Assembly: GCA_050261575.1 (NCBI GenBank)
Contig: JBLNDL010000070.1
Span: 62,001-82,638 of the forward strand
Direction: 5' to 3'
From: Sphingomonadaceae bacterium
Lineage (GTDB): Bacteria > Chloroflexota > UBA6077
DNA length: 20,638 nt
Numbering within the stretch: position 1 is the first letter of the stretch; the number at the start of each line of letters is the position of its first letter. A model generated the notes under the pieces. That model did not search any database. It was given only the letters and a program-made list of their open reading frames with translations, and was not told the DNA's origin. Positions 6,846 to 15,237 of this stretch are shown here, piece after piece. The translations under genes were made by a program, and so were the position numbers.

Positions 6846-7883
6846 GTGAACGAAAGCCTCGAGGGGATGCGCCACAAGCTGGAAGGGCTATTCGACGCCG
6901 AGGACGGCTACACGGGGCCGATACTGCTCCTCGGTGTCCTGCTCCCCATGCTGGTGCTCGGACTCCTGATGCTGTCCCTGAGTGTGCTCGGCCCAGCCGG
7001 GGCGCCGCCGTCGGTACCCGACCCTCGCGGCCTTGGTCAGGGGAGCGCGATGTCCTCTCGCGCCGAGCTTGCCCCAAGCGTCCAGGATCTGGCCCAGGAA
7101 CTAGACCGAGCCATTGCGACTGTGGAGAACGGCAGATGGCTCATCGCCGATCGACTGGACGGGCTGAGAGAGAAGCTGACCGCTGAGCGCAGGGCCGTGC
7201 AAAGCATGGAAGCCATGCTTGAGGAAATGAAGCAGGACGCCAACGCACACGCAGGCTCGAGCCCGCAGTCGGGCAACCTGCTGGTGAAGTATGGCGCCCT
7301 CCAGCGAGGCTACGAGAGTTGGCAAGCCGCAGCGACCGACCTCAACGCGGTCGCCGCGGAGATGGAGTCCGCGCTGGCCCTGGTGCAGGAGCACTCCGCG
7401 GAGGCGGCACAAGCCTCCCATCGACTCGCCGTAACGCTCCAGCAGGCCGGGGAGGCTCATCAGCTTCACCCGGTGCCCGGCGACGAGAAAGCGCCCATCG
7501 CAGAGTATGTCTCGGTAGCGCGCATCTCCACCCAAGAGCTTTCATCGACCAGGGCAGCAGACGCCCAGCTCGTGCAGAAGGCTAACGAGCTGTTGGGACA
7601 GGGCAGGGCCCTGGCGGAAGCTGCCCAACAGGCAGCTAGGTCCGTCCATCGGCCTCAGTTCCGCATGGGCTTCAAGCTGCTGGCCGATCAAATCCCCACT
7701 GTCGTGGGAGAGCCGATGGAGGACGAGCACCCGGACCCGGCCACCGGCAACATGGTCCAGCGCACCACTCGAGGCATGATGACGTGGCGAAAAGCCGACA
7801 ACTGGACCGGGTTCACAGACGGAGTCCGAGTCTGGTACCTGACTCCCTCCGGCGTCCAGGTGCAGCCCGACGAGGGGAGATGA
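6846..7883 (+). CDS. Hypothetical membrane-anchored coiled-coil protein with a C-terminal extracellular module (F.xGFK.L....P.VVG.P.E.E...Q.TTxG...WRKADNWTxFTDG)
   Basis: TM segment near the N-terminus, a long Ala/Glu/Gln/Leu-rich helical region and a compact C-terminal domain. SD-like GGGGGT precedes GTG 6846 (6837 is an alternative). Stop overlaps the next ATG. Confidence 0.8.
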   Translation: MNESLEGMRHKLEGLFDAEDGYTGPILLLGVLLPMLVLGLLMLSLSVLGPAGAPPSVPDPRGLGQGSAMSSRAELAPSVQDLAQELDRAIATVENGRWLIADRLDGLREKLTAERRAVQSMEAMLEEMKQDANAHAGSSPQSGNLLVKYGALQRGYESWQAAATDLNAVAAEMESALALVQEHSAEAAQASHRLAVTLQQAGEAHQLHPVPGDEKAPIAEYVSVARISTQELSSTRAADAQLVQKANELLGQGRALAEAAQQAARSVHRPQFRMGFKLLADQIPTVVGEPMEDEHPDPATGNMVQRTTRGMMTWRKADNWTGFTDGVRVWYLTPSGVQVQPDEGR

Positions 7884-10800
7884 GCGCCGAAGGAACCAGC
7901 CGTCTGTCGGTTCGTCACTCCGGGGTGCCCGGTCGGATCAGATTCTCCGTCGTGGGACTGCGACGCAACCCGGCGTTGAAGGCTGCGGTCGAGGCGGCCT
8001 TCAACGACCTGGCGGGGGTACGCTCCGCGTCGGCGAACCCGCTGACGGGCAACGTCCTCGTCCACTACGACCCGCACCGTTGGGAAGGCTCCGATCTGAT
8101 GAGGGAGGCGGGGCGCAGGTTGAGTGGCGTCACGGGTCCACGAGCCCCCGACGTTTCCCCCCACGACGGAGCGCAAGCCACGACCAGGAATCCGGCATCT
8201 GGTGCCCGACCGAACCCACCGGCCTGGCACGCCCTCCCCGCTCAGGAGGCGGTAGCCCTGCTGGGCGCAGATCCTGAGAGGGGGCTCTCCAACGAGGAGG
8301 TGGAGCAGCGGCTGAGGCGCTTCGGGCCTAATCGTCTGCCGGAGCCGAAGGAGCCCTCCCTCGCAGAGCTGCTCGTCAGGCAGATACTCAACGCCCCAAC
8401 GGTGCTGCTGGGCGTCGGCGCTGCGCTCTCCCTCGCCATCGGGGCTGTCGTCGATTCCCTGCTGATCGGTGGCGTCCTGGTGGCCAACGCGGTCATCGGT
8501 GCGACCACCGAGCATTCAGGACAGAGAGCGATCGCGGCACTCCGCCGTGCCGCCCCGCTCCGCGCTCGAGTGGTCCGGAACGGCGTCACTGAGATCGTCG
8601 ATGCCCACAGGCTGGTACCTGGCGACACCATCCTGCTGCTGCCCGGCGACCCGGTCCCCGCCGACGCTCGCCTGCTGGAGGCTCACCGGCTGACAGTCGA
8701 GGAATCGGCCCTCACTGGAGAGTCCCGGCCCGTGGAGAAGTCGCCCGAGCCGGTGGAGCCCGCCGCCGCGCTGGCGGACCGGCGATCCATGGTTCACAGG
8801 GGAACCACTGTCACGGGGGGTCGCGGGAAGGCCGTCGTCGTGGCCACAGGTGGGAGAACGGCCATCGGAGAGTTGCACCTCCTGGCGGCCAAGGCGGCAC
8901 CCCCGCCCACACCCCTCAAGCGAGACCTTGCGCGGATCGGTCGGCAGCTAGCCGCCGCGTCGGCCGCCGTCTCCCTGGGCGTGATGGGACTCTCGCTGCT
9001 ACGAGGCACGCCCTTGTCGCAGGCCGTCACGACCGCCGTCGCCCTGGCCGTGGCCGCGATGCCCGAGGGGCTCCCCACCGCCGCGACCACCGTCCTCGCC
9101 CTCAGCTCCGGCCGAATGAGGCAGAAGGGGACGCTGATCCGCTCCCTCCACGCGGCGGAAGCCCTCGGATCGGTCACCGTCGTCTGCGCCGACAAGACGG
9201 GGACGATCACCGAGAACCGGATGTCGGTGGGCGAGATACTGGTGGACACACGGAGGATCTGGGTCTCCGGCCCCGCCCTCTCGACATCCGGCGCCCTGTA
9301 CAGCGATGGTCGGAGGATACTGCCCGATGGCGATCCCGCCCTGCGGGAGTTGCTCATAATCGGAGTGCTATGCTCCGACGCCGAGATCGCCGCCCAGCAC
9401 GACGCCGAGATCACGATCGACGGCTCCCCCACCGAGGGCGCTCTCCTGGTGGCTGCCCTCAAGGGGGGCCTGCGGGTGGACGACCTGCGGCAACGCTATC
9501 CACGCATCGACCGTCGCGACCGAGTCGCAGGGCGACGCCACATGATCACCGTCCACAGAGGGGAAGAAGGGTTGTTCGCCCTCGCCAAGGGGGCTCCGGA
9601 CGAACTCTTGGAGATCTGCGATCGGGTGCTGGCCGGAGGGGAGATCCGGCATCTACACCCGGAGAGAAGGGCCGAGTTCAGCCAGAAGAACGCCGAGATG
9701 GCAGGAAAGGCCATGCGGGTGCTGGCTTTCGCCCGCCGGGCCATACCAGAAGGCTACAGCGAGGCGGACCTCTCCAGCGGCTTCATCCTGTGGGGTTTGG
9801 TGGGGCTGACCGATCCCATTCGCCCGGGGGTGCCGGCGGCGGTGCGAGCCCTGCATCGGGCCGGTATTCGAACCGTCATGATCACGGGGGACCAGGCTGC
9901 GACGGCCGAGGCCGTCGCCCGCCAACTGGGGCTTCCCCGGAGGGGACCGCTCCACGTCCTCGAGGCGGGCGACCTATCTGAGATGGACCCGGAGGTGCTG
10001 CGCGGTCTGGTGAGGGACGTGGAGGTGTTCGCTAGGACCCCGCCCGAGATGAAGCTGGCCATCGTCCAGGCCCTCCAGGCCAACGGCGAGGTGGTGGCGA
10101 TGACGGGGGATGGGGTGAACGACGCCCCGGCCCTCCGAGCGGCCGACGTGGGGGTCGCCATGGGTGAGCGCGGCACCGAATTGGCTCGAGAGATCGCCGA
10201 CGTGGTGCTGTCCACCGACGACTTCACTCGAATGGTGGATGCGGTCGAGGAAGGACGGTTGGTCAGAGCCAACGTTCGACGCATGCTGCACTACCTGCTC
10301 TCCACGAACGGCAGCGAGGTGTGGGCGGTCACCGCGGCCGTGGCGCTCGGATTGCCCGCTCCCCTCACTCCGGGACAGTTGTTGTGGCTGAACTTGATCT
10401 CAGATCTCACCCCGGCCTTGGGGCTCGCCACGGAGCCGCAGGACCCGGATCTCATGGTGCAGCCGCCCCGCGACCCGGCGGAACCGATCATCCCGCCTTT
10501 CCTCCAGCGCCGCATCCTGGGAGAATCGGCCGCCCTCGCCGCCGGATCGCTTTCGGCCTACGGGTTGGGTACCCTCCGCCACGGCCGGGGCCAGATGGCC
10601 CAGAGCATGGCTTTCTGGAGCCTGGCCCTGGCGGATCTGCTGCACGTCGCCCTGGCGAGATCCGGCGCCCGGCCAGCTCTGGGCTACGAGCGGGCGGTCA
10701 GCCGCTCGCTGGCACTCAGCGTCGGCATCTCGGGGCTCCTGCAACTGGGAGTGCTGCTGCTCCGGCCCCTCCAGAGGCTGCTGGGCAGCAGCCCGCTCGG

Positions 10801-10945
10801 CTTCGTCGACACCATCATCTCGCTGGTGGCCGGCGTCACCCCCATCCTCGCCATCGAGGCACAACGCAGATCGAGCCCGTTTGCCCTTCCCCCTCCGAGT
10901 GAGATCGGGGCTGGCGGCCGGCAACCGCTGAAGGAGGCAGCATGA
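7880..10945 (+). CDS. Cation-transporting P-type ATPase (P2A/Ca2+-type signature) with N-terminal Cys-less HMA-like domain
   Basis: LTGES, AMPEGLP, CADKTGT, KGAP, DP.RP, MITGD, MTGDGVNDAPAL, LSTNxSE and LWLNLISD motifs. Start at ATG 7880 (SD GAGGGG; ATGA overlap), not 7784. Confidence 0.93.
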   Translation: MSAEGTSRLSVRHSGVPGRIRFSVVGLRRNPALKAAVEAAFNDLAGVRSASANPLTGNVLVHYDPHRWEGSDLMREAGRRLSGVTGPRAPDVSPHDGAQATTRNPASGARPNPPAWHALPAQEAVALLGADPERGLSNEEVEQRLRRFGPNRLPEPKEPSLAELLVRQILNAPTVLLGVGAALSLAIGAVVDSLLIGGVLVANAVIGATTEHSGQRAIAALRRAAPLRARVVRNGVTEIVDAHRLVPGDTILLLPGDPVPADARLLEAHRLTVEESALTGESRPVEKSPEPVEPAAALADRRSMVHRGTTVTGGRGKAVVVATGGRTAIGELHLLAAKAAPPPTPLKRDLARIGRQLAAASAAVSLGVMGLSLLRGTPLSQAVTTAVALAVAAMPEGLPTAATTVLALSSGRMRQKGTLIRSLHAAEALGSVTVVCADKTGTITENRMSVGEILVDTRRIWVSGPALSTSGALYSDGRRILPDGDPALRELLIIGVLCSDAEIAAQHDAEITIDGSPTEGALLVAALKGGLRVDDLRQRYPRIDRRDRVAGRRHMITVHRGEEGLFALAKGAPDELLEICDRVLAGGEIRHLHPERRAEFSQKNAEMAGKAMRVLAFARRAIPEGYSEADLSSGFILWGLVGLTDPIRPGVPAAVRALHRAGIRTVMITGDQAATAEAVARQLGLPRRGPLHVLEAGDLSEMDPEVLRGLVRDVEVFARTPPEMKLAIVQALQANGEVVAMTGDGVNDAPALRAADVGVAMGERGTELAREIADVVLSTDDFTRMVDAVEEGRLVRANVRRMLHYLLSTNGSEVWAVTAAVALGLPAPLTPGQLLWLNLISDLTPALGLATEPQDPDLMVQPPRDPAEPIIPPFLQRRILGESAALAAGSLSAYGLGTLRHGRGQMAQSMAFWSLALADLLHVALARSGARPALGYERAVSRSLALSVGISGLLQLGVLLLRPLQRLLGSSPLGFVDTIISLVAGVTPILAIEAQRRSSPFALPPPSEIGAGGRQPLKEAA

Positions 10946-12123
10946 CTCAGCGGCGCTTCTTCACCTCTAGTTCGGTGCTACTGGGGCACCCCGATAAGCT
11001 GTGCGACAGGATCTCCGATGCCCTGGTGGACGCTCACCTTGCGGTGGACCCCACGGCCAGAGTCCGCGCGGAGGCCGCCGCGGCGGGCCAGGTCATCTTC
11101 TTGGCGACAGATGCATCCCTCCGGGGCGAGGTAGACGTCACGGGGGTGGTCAGGAGGGTTATCGCCGAGACGGGCTACTTTCCCCAGGACATGGATGCCG
11201 ATCGCTGCGCCATCCTCGCCCAGTCCAGCCTCATGACCCCGCCCTGGTCCAGGAGGCAGCCCTCAGTCCTGCAGCCACCCGAGAGACGGCTGGCCTCTGA
11301 GCAAACGACGGTCTTCGGGTACGCCTGCTCCGAGACGCCGGAGAGAATGCCGTTGCCGATCCAGTTGGCCCATCGGATCTCCACCACCATCGGCACATTG
11401 GCGCTTCAGAGGGCCATCCCGGGCCTGGGACCGGACGGCGACGTGCTGGTTACGGTGGAGTACGAGGACAACCGGCCAACCCGGATCGACACCATCATGG
11501 TCCAGCTACAGCACAGGGGAGAGCCACGGGACCTCGTGGAGGGACTGAAGACCATCGCGTTCGCCTCCATCTTCGACGGCATGTCGCTTGCGCCCGACAG
11601 TTCCACCCGCTTGCTAGTGAACCCCGGCGGCCCGCTCGAGGCGGCGGGGCCAGCGAGAGACGCCGGGCATACGGGCCGGAAGAACGCCGACGACACGTAC
11701 GGTGGCGCGGCTCGCCATGGCGGCCACGCCCTCAGCGGCAAGGATCCCAGCCGGCTGGATCGCTCCGCCAGCTACGCCGCCCGCCACGCGGCCAAGAACG
11801 TCGTAGCCGCCGGTCTCGCCTCCGAGTGTGAGATAATGCTATCCTACGCCATCGGAGAAGCACGCCCGACCACCGTCTCCGCCCGTACCTTCGGCACGGG
11901 CGTGCTCCAGGATGAACGGCTCTCGGAGATCATCGGCGAGGTCTTCGACCTGCGCCCCGGTCTCATCGAGGAGCAACTGCGCCTGCGGTGGCTCCCGCGA
12001 GAGCGAGGAGGGCGCTTCTACCAGCGGCTGGCCGTCGGAGGACAGTTCGGGCGTATGGACCTCGACTGCCCCTGGGAGAGGCTAGACGCGGTAGACGCCC
12101 TGCGGGACGCCCTGAAATCGTAG
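10942..12123 (+). CDS. metK: Methionine adenosyltransferase (SAM synthetase) homologue, divergent paralogue
   Basis: GHPDK, TGRK, DTYGG, SGKD.S..DRS.SY.AR..AKNVVAAGLA and C-terminal FGR...PWE motifs. Full length, SD AAGGAGG. Several canonical active-site residues are substituted. Confidence 0.85.
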   Translation: MTQRRFFTSSSVLLGHPDKLCDRISDALVDAHLAVDPTARVRAEAAAAGQVIFLATDASLRGEVDVTGVVRRVIAETGYFPQDMDADRCAILAQSSLMTPPWSRRQPSVLQPPERRLASEQTTVFGYACSETPERMPLPIQLAHRISTTIGTLALQRAIPGLGPDGDVLVTVEYEDNRPTRIDTIMVQLQHRGEPRDLVEGLKTIAFASIFDGMSLAPDSSTRLLVNPGGPLEAAGPARDAGHTGRKNADDTYGGAARHGGHALSGKDPSRLDRSASYAARHAAKNVVAAGLASECEIMLSYAIGEARPTTVSARTFGTGVLQDERLSEIIGEVFDLRPGLIEEQLRLRWLPRERGGRFYQRLAVGGQFGRMDLDCPWERLDAVDALRDALKS

Positions 12124-12181
12124 GGCAACCACCCCCAACCATGCCGGAAGAGACGGCTCCGGCTGCGAGGGAGCAGCAACA

Positions 12182-12586
12182 GTGTCGGGCACGTCAGAGA
12201 GCCGCAACGTGGGCAGCCACCAGACGATCGCCGATGATCCCGCCTTCAACCAGCAGGTCTACGAGATCGTGGCCCGAATACCCAGGGGCAAGGTGACGAC
12301 CTACGGCGCCATCGCCGAGGCCCTGGGCGACAGGCGGAAAGCCCGCGAGGTCGGCTGGGCCCTCTACGCCAAGCCCAGGGATGTCGATGCACCCGCCCAC
12401 AGAGTCATCAATCGGGAGGGGAAGCTCACCGGTGGGTGGGCTTTCGGCAGCCCTGACGTGCAGCGCGGCCTGCTCGAGGCCGAGGGTGTTACCTTCCTGC
12501 CGGATGATCGTGTAGATCTGCGAAAGCACCTCTGGAAGCCCGAGGGATGCGCCTCCGGCGAGGAGGGCCAGCCCCGCCTCTTCTGA
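12182..12586 (+). CDS. MGMT-family alkyltransferase-like (ATL) DNA-binding protein lacking the catalytic Cys
   Basis: FNQQVYEIVARIPRGKVTTYGAIA...AREVGWAL...PAHRVIN..G.L...Q..LLEAEGV; PCHR is replaced by PAHR. Confidence 0.9.
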   Translation: MSGTSESRNVGSHQTIADDPAFNQQVYEIVARIPRGKVTTYGAIAEALGDRRKAREVGWALYAKPRDVDAPAHRVINREGKLTGGWAFGSPDVQRGLLEAEGVTFLPDDRVDLRKHLWKPEGCASGEEGQPRLF

Positions 12587-12615
12587 GAGGCCCTGACAGA
12601 TCCAAGGAACACCCA

Positions 12616-13335
12616 TTGGCATCGCTGCAACGAGACCTAGACGGATCCAACTCCCAGGGGAACCCCTCTCGACCACGGAGGCGGCCTCTTCGCTTGCTCC
12701 TGCTGGGGCTCGCCCTGGCCTGCCTGCTCGCGGGCGCGGGTGCGGTGGTGCCCGCCCTGTGGGTCTACCTGGCGGGGCAGCAGGGCATATACGACGATCC
12801 CGCTCAGGTCCCCCAGATGCCGGTGGCGATCGTCTTTGGAGCGGGATTGAACCCCGACGGGAGTCCCAGTTGGATGCTGGCGGATCGAGTCGACGCGGCT
12901 GTGGCACTGCACAAAGAGGGCAAGGTGCGCCGGATCCTGATGACCGGTGACAACAGCTCGGTGGGCTACAACGAGGTTGCGGCGATGAAGCGGCGCGCCG
13001 TCGAGCAAGGGGTGCCTCAGGAACTGGTCAACCTGGACTACGCCGGATTCCGGACCTACGACAGTTGCTACCGGGCAAAGTCCATCTTCGGCATCGATCA
13101 GGCGGTCCTCGTCACGCAGCGATACCACCTGCCGCGCGCCCTTTTCCTGGCCCGGTCCTTCGGCATCCAGGCGGTGGGGCTTGCCGCCGGACGCGACCGA
13201 TATCCCCGTCAGGAGTATTACGATATGCGCGAGGCGGTCGCCCTGTCGATGGCCTGGTACGAGGTGATGCTCCTGCGCCCCTTACCCCGCTACCTGGGAG
13301 AGCCGGTGGACCTGGAGCTTCAGAACCGGGAGTAA
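12616..13335 (+). CDS. SanA/YdcF/ElyC-like DUF218 membrane protein
   Basis: AIVFGAG, LADRVD.A..L, ILMTGDN...YNE, DYAGFRTYDSCYRA, VTQ.YHLPRA and REA motifs. SD AAGGA precedes TTG 12616. Confidence 0.9.
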   Translation: MASLQRDLDGSNSQGNPSRPRRRPLRLLLLGLALACLLAGAGAVVPALWVYLAGQQGIYDDPAQVPQMPVAIVFGAGLNPDGSPSWMLADRVDAAVALHKEGKVRRILMTGDNSSVGYNEVAAMKRRAVEQGVPQELVNLDYAGFRTYDSCYRAKSIFGIDQAVLVTQRYHLPRALFLARSFGIQAVGLAAGRDRYPRQEYYDMREAVALSMAWYEVMLLRPLPRYLGEPVDLELQNRE

Positions 13336-13352
13336 ACCCAGAGATGGATCCC

Positions 13353-14147
13353 TCACCGTCTCCAGGGCAGCCTCGGATGGATCAAGTTGGCGCGCACGAG
13401 CAGATCGGTATCGGCCAGGATCGTCTGGACAGGCCCATCCGCTATTGGCCGCCGCTCCCGGTCCCCGAAGACGACGGCCCGAACCCCCACCTCTCTCGCC
13501 ACCTCTAGCTCCTGGGTGGTAGTCACGACGGTTCTCCCCTCCCCGCCCAGCCGAAGGATGAGGTCGATCAGCACCGCCTTGCTTCGGGGATCGAGGCTGG
13601 CCGTCGGCTCGTCCAGCAGCAGCAGCTCCGGGTCCACCGCGAGCACCGTCGCTATCGCCGCCCGCTTCTTCTCCCCCTCCGACAGCTCGTAAGGTGCGCG
13701 TTGGGCCAGATCTGCGATCTCCATCAGCTCCAGCGCCTCCTCCACCCTGCGGTTGACTTCGGCTGGATCCCAACCCAACTGGAGCGGCCCGAAGGCTACG
13801 TCGTCCCACACGGTGGGCGAGAACAACTGAACGTCGGAGTCCTGGAAAACCAGCCCCACCCGACGATGCAGCCGACGCGAGGCGCCGATATCGTCGGCAA
13901 CTCGGGTGATGTCCTCCCCGAAAGCCTCGATCCGCCCGGAACTGGGATGGAGCAGTCCGTCCATGATCTTCAACAGGGTGGACTTGCCGCAGCCGTTCGC
14001 TCCCAGGATCACCACCCGCTCACCCAGAGCCACGGACAGATCCACCGAGTCCACGGCTGGGTACCGTCCCAGGTAGCTGTAGGACACCCCCTCCAGACGC
14101 AGCACTATCTCGGCCTTGCCGACGGCAACCTCAGAATCCACCTGCAC
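13353..14147 (-). CDS. cbiO: ECF transporter ATPase component (CbiO/NikO)
   Basis: Walker A GANGCGKST, Q-loop VFQDSDVQLF.PTV.DDVAFGP, signature LSEGEKKR, Walker B LLLLDEPT. Confidence 0.92.
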   Translation of the reverse strand: MQVDSEVAVGKAEIVLRLEGVSYSYLGRYPAVDSVDLSVALGERVVILGANGCGKSTLLKIMDGLLHPSSGRIEAFGEDITRVADDIGASRRLHRRVGLVFQDSDVQLFSPTVWDDVAFGPLQLGWDPAEVNRRVEEALELMEIADLAQRAPYELSEGEKKRAAIATVLAVDPELLLLDEPTASLDPRSKAVLIDLILRLGGEGRTVVTTTQELEVAREVGVRAVVFGDRERRPIADGPVQTILADTDLLVRANLIHPRLPWRR

Positions 14148-14150
14148 CTC

Positions 14151-14999
14151 TCAAGCCATCCAAGAATCGGCCAGCAATAGTCCCGCGGCGAGCACCACTG
14201 ATAGCGCCAGGAAGAACCGGTCCCCATCCCGCATCCTCGGGGGGCGGCTCGAGCGGATCTCCCCACCGAAACCGCGGGCCTCCATCGCGAGCAGTACGTC
14301 GGTGCTCATCTTCATGGAGCGACTAGCCAGGGTACCGGCTGCAGCGGCCGCCCAACGACGCTGCTCCGCGCCCGAGGTCTCGCCCACCGTGCGGCTCGCT
14401 CGGGCCTGGAAGAGGCTGTTGGCGGATCTCAGGAAGAGGAAGAGGTAACGATAGGTCATCGCCAGCACCACCAGGAAGCTTTCGGGCACCCGAAGCACCC
14501 GCAGCGCCGCCAGCAGGTCGGTCCAGCGGGTCGTGGTGACCAGCAGTAGCGCAATGGCGACGGATGTCCCCACCCGCGACACGAAGAGCAGGACGCTGGC
14601 AAGCCCGTTATCGGTCACGACCAACGGGAGGGGCGGACCGCCCCACAACACGAGGAGGGGCGCACCCGGCAGCATCACCAACGAGGGGAACGCCACGAAC
14701 CCGGCGAAGAGGGGTATTCCCAGCCACACTCGCCTGGAGAACTCCCCCAAGGGGAGCCGAGAGGCCAGGCCCAGCAGCACCGTCACTACGTAGGCTGCCA
14801 CGACCGGCGGCAGGTGGCGAGCCAACCCCACGCCCACGAGCAGCAGGAGGGCCGCGGCAACCTTGGCACGCGGGTCGATCCCCTGCAGGAGGCCCGGTAG
14901 GCGCGCCTGCTCCTCGGTAAAGACTGCCCGCTCAAGCGATGCCGTTATCCCCGCCACCGTCTTGGCGACGAAGTCGCCACGATGACCGGCCCAGCCCAT
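14151..14999 (-). CDS. cbiQ: ECF transporter T component (CbiQ/NikQ)
   Basis: LQGIDPRAK, TTTRW.DLL.ALR.L.VP, MTYRYLF, ARASR and AMEARGF motifs. SD GGAGG 6 nt before ATG 14999. Confidence 0.92.
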   Translation of the reverse strand: MGWAGHRGDFVAKTVAGITASLERAVFTEEQARLPGLLQGIDPRAKVAAALLLLVGVGLARHLPPVVAAYVVTVLLGLASRLPLGEFSRRVWLGIPLFAGFVAFPSLVMLPGAPLLVLWGGPPLPLVVTDNGLASVLLFVSRVGTSVAIALLLVTTTRWTDLLAALRVLRVPESFLVVLAMTYRYLFLFLRSANSLFQARASRTVGETSGAEQRRWAAAAAGTLASRSMKMSTDVLLAMEARGFGGEIRSSRPPRMRDGDRFFLALSVVLAAGLLLADSWMA

Positions 15000-15056
15000 T
15001 CCCATCCTCCCCGCTGTCTCCAGCCCTTGACGCACGCGGCCGACGCCGGCCCATAC

Positions 15057-15153
15057 GTAGGGGCTGTGCCCGTGAGGCGGGCGAGCACAGACTCACGGGC
15101 ACGGTCGCGTCAAGCTGTGTATGCCAGGGGCAGACACACGGGTCCGCCCCTAC
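15057..15153. repeat. REP-like palindromic element(s) with GTAG ends
   Basis: Minus strand GTAGGGGCGGACCCGTGTGTCTGCCCC (15127-15153); inverted GTAGGGGC at 15057-15064; internal 11-bp inverted repeat GTGCCCGTGAG/CTCACGGGCAC. Confidence 0.7.
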
Positions 15154-15237
15154 AACCGCCCGCAGTCCCAGTCTGCTCCGCGCGCCAACGTGCATCGCTC
15201 CTTCCGGCCCGCGGCAGTCAGCCGCATCCCCAAACGG

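Noticed and set aside
7784..7879. N-terminal extension of the P-type ATPase ORF (1053 aa version)
   Set aside because: It overlaps the upstream gene's conserved-looking C-terminus; ATG 7880 has an SD and an ATGA coupling.
10880..10941. SAM riboswitch upstream of metK
   Set aside because: The region is ATPase coding sequence; metK is translationally coupled and has no leader.
10942..12123. metK as a pseudogene
   Set aside because: Full length, no stops or frameshifts, strong SD and many structural motifs retained. Decay cannot be excluded without homologue comparison but is not supported.
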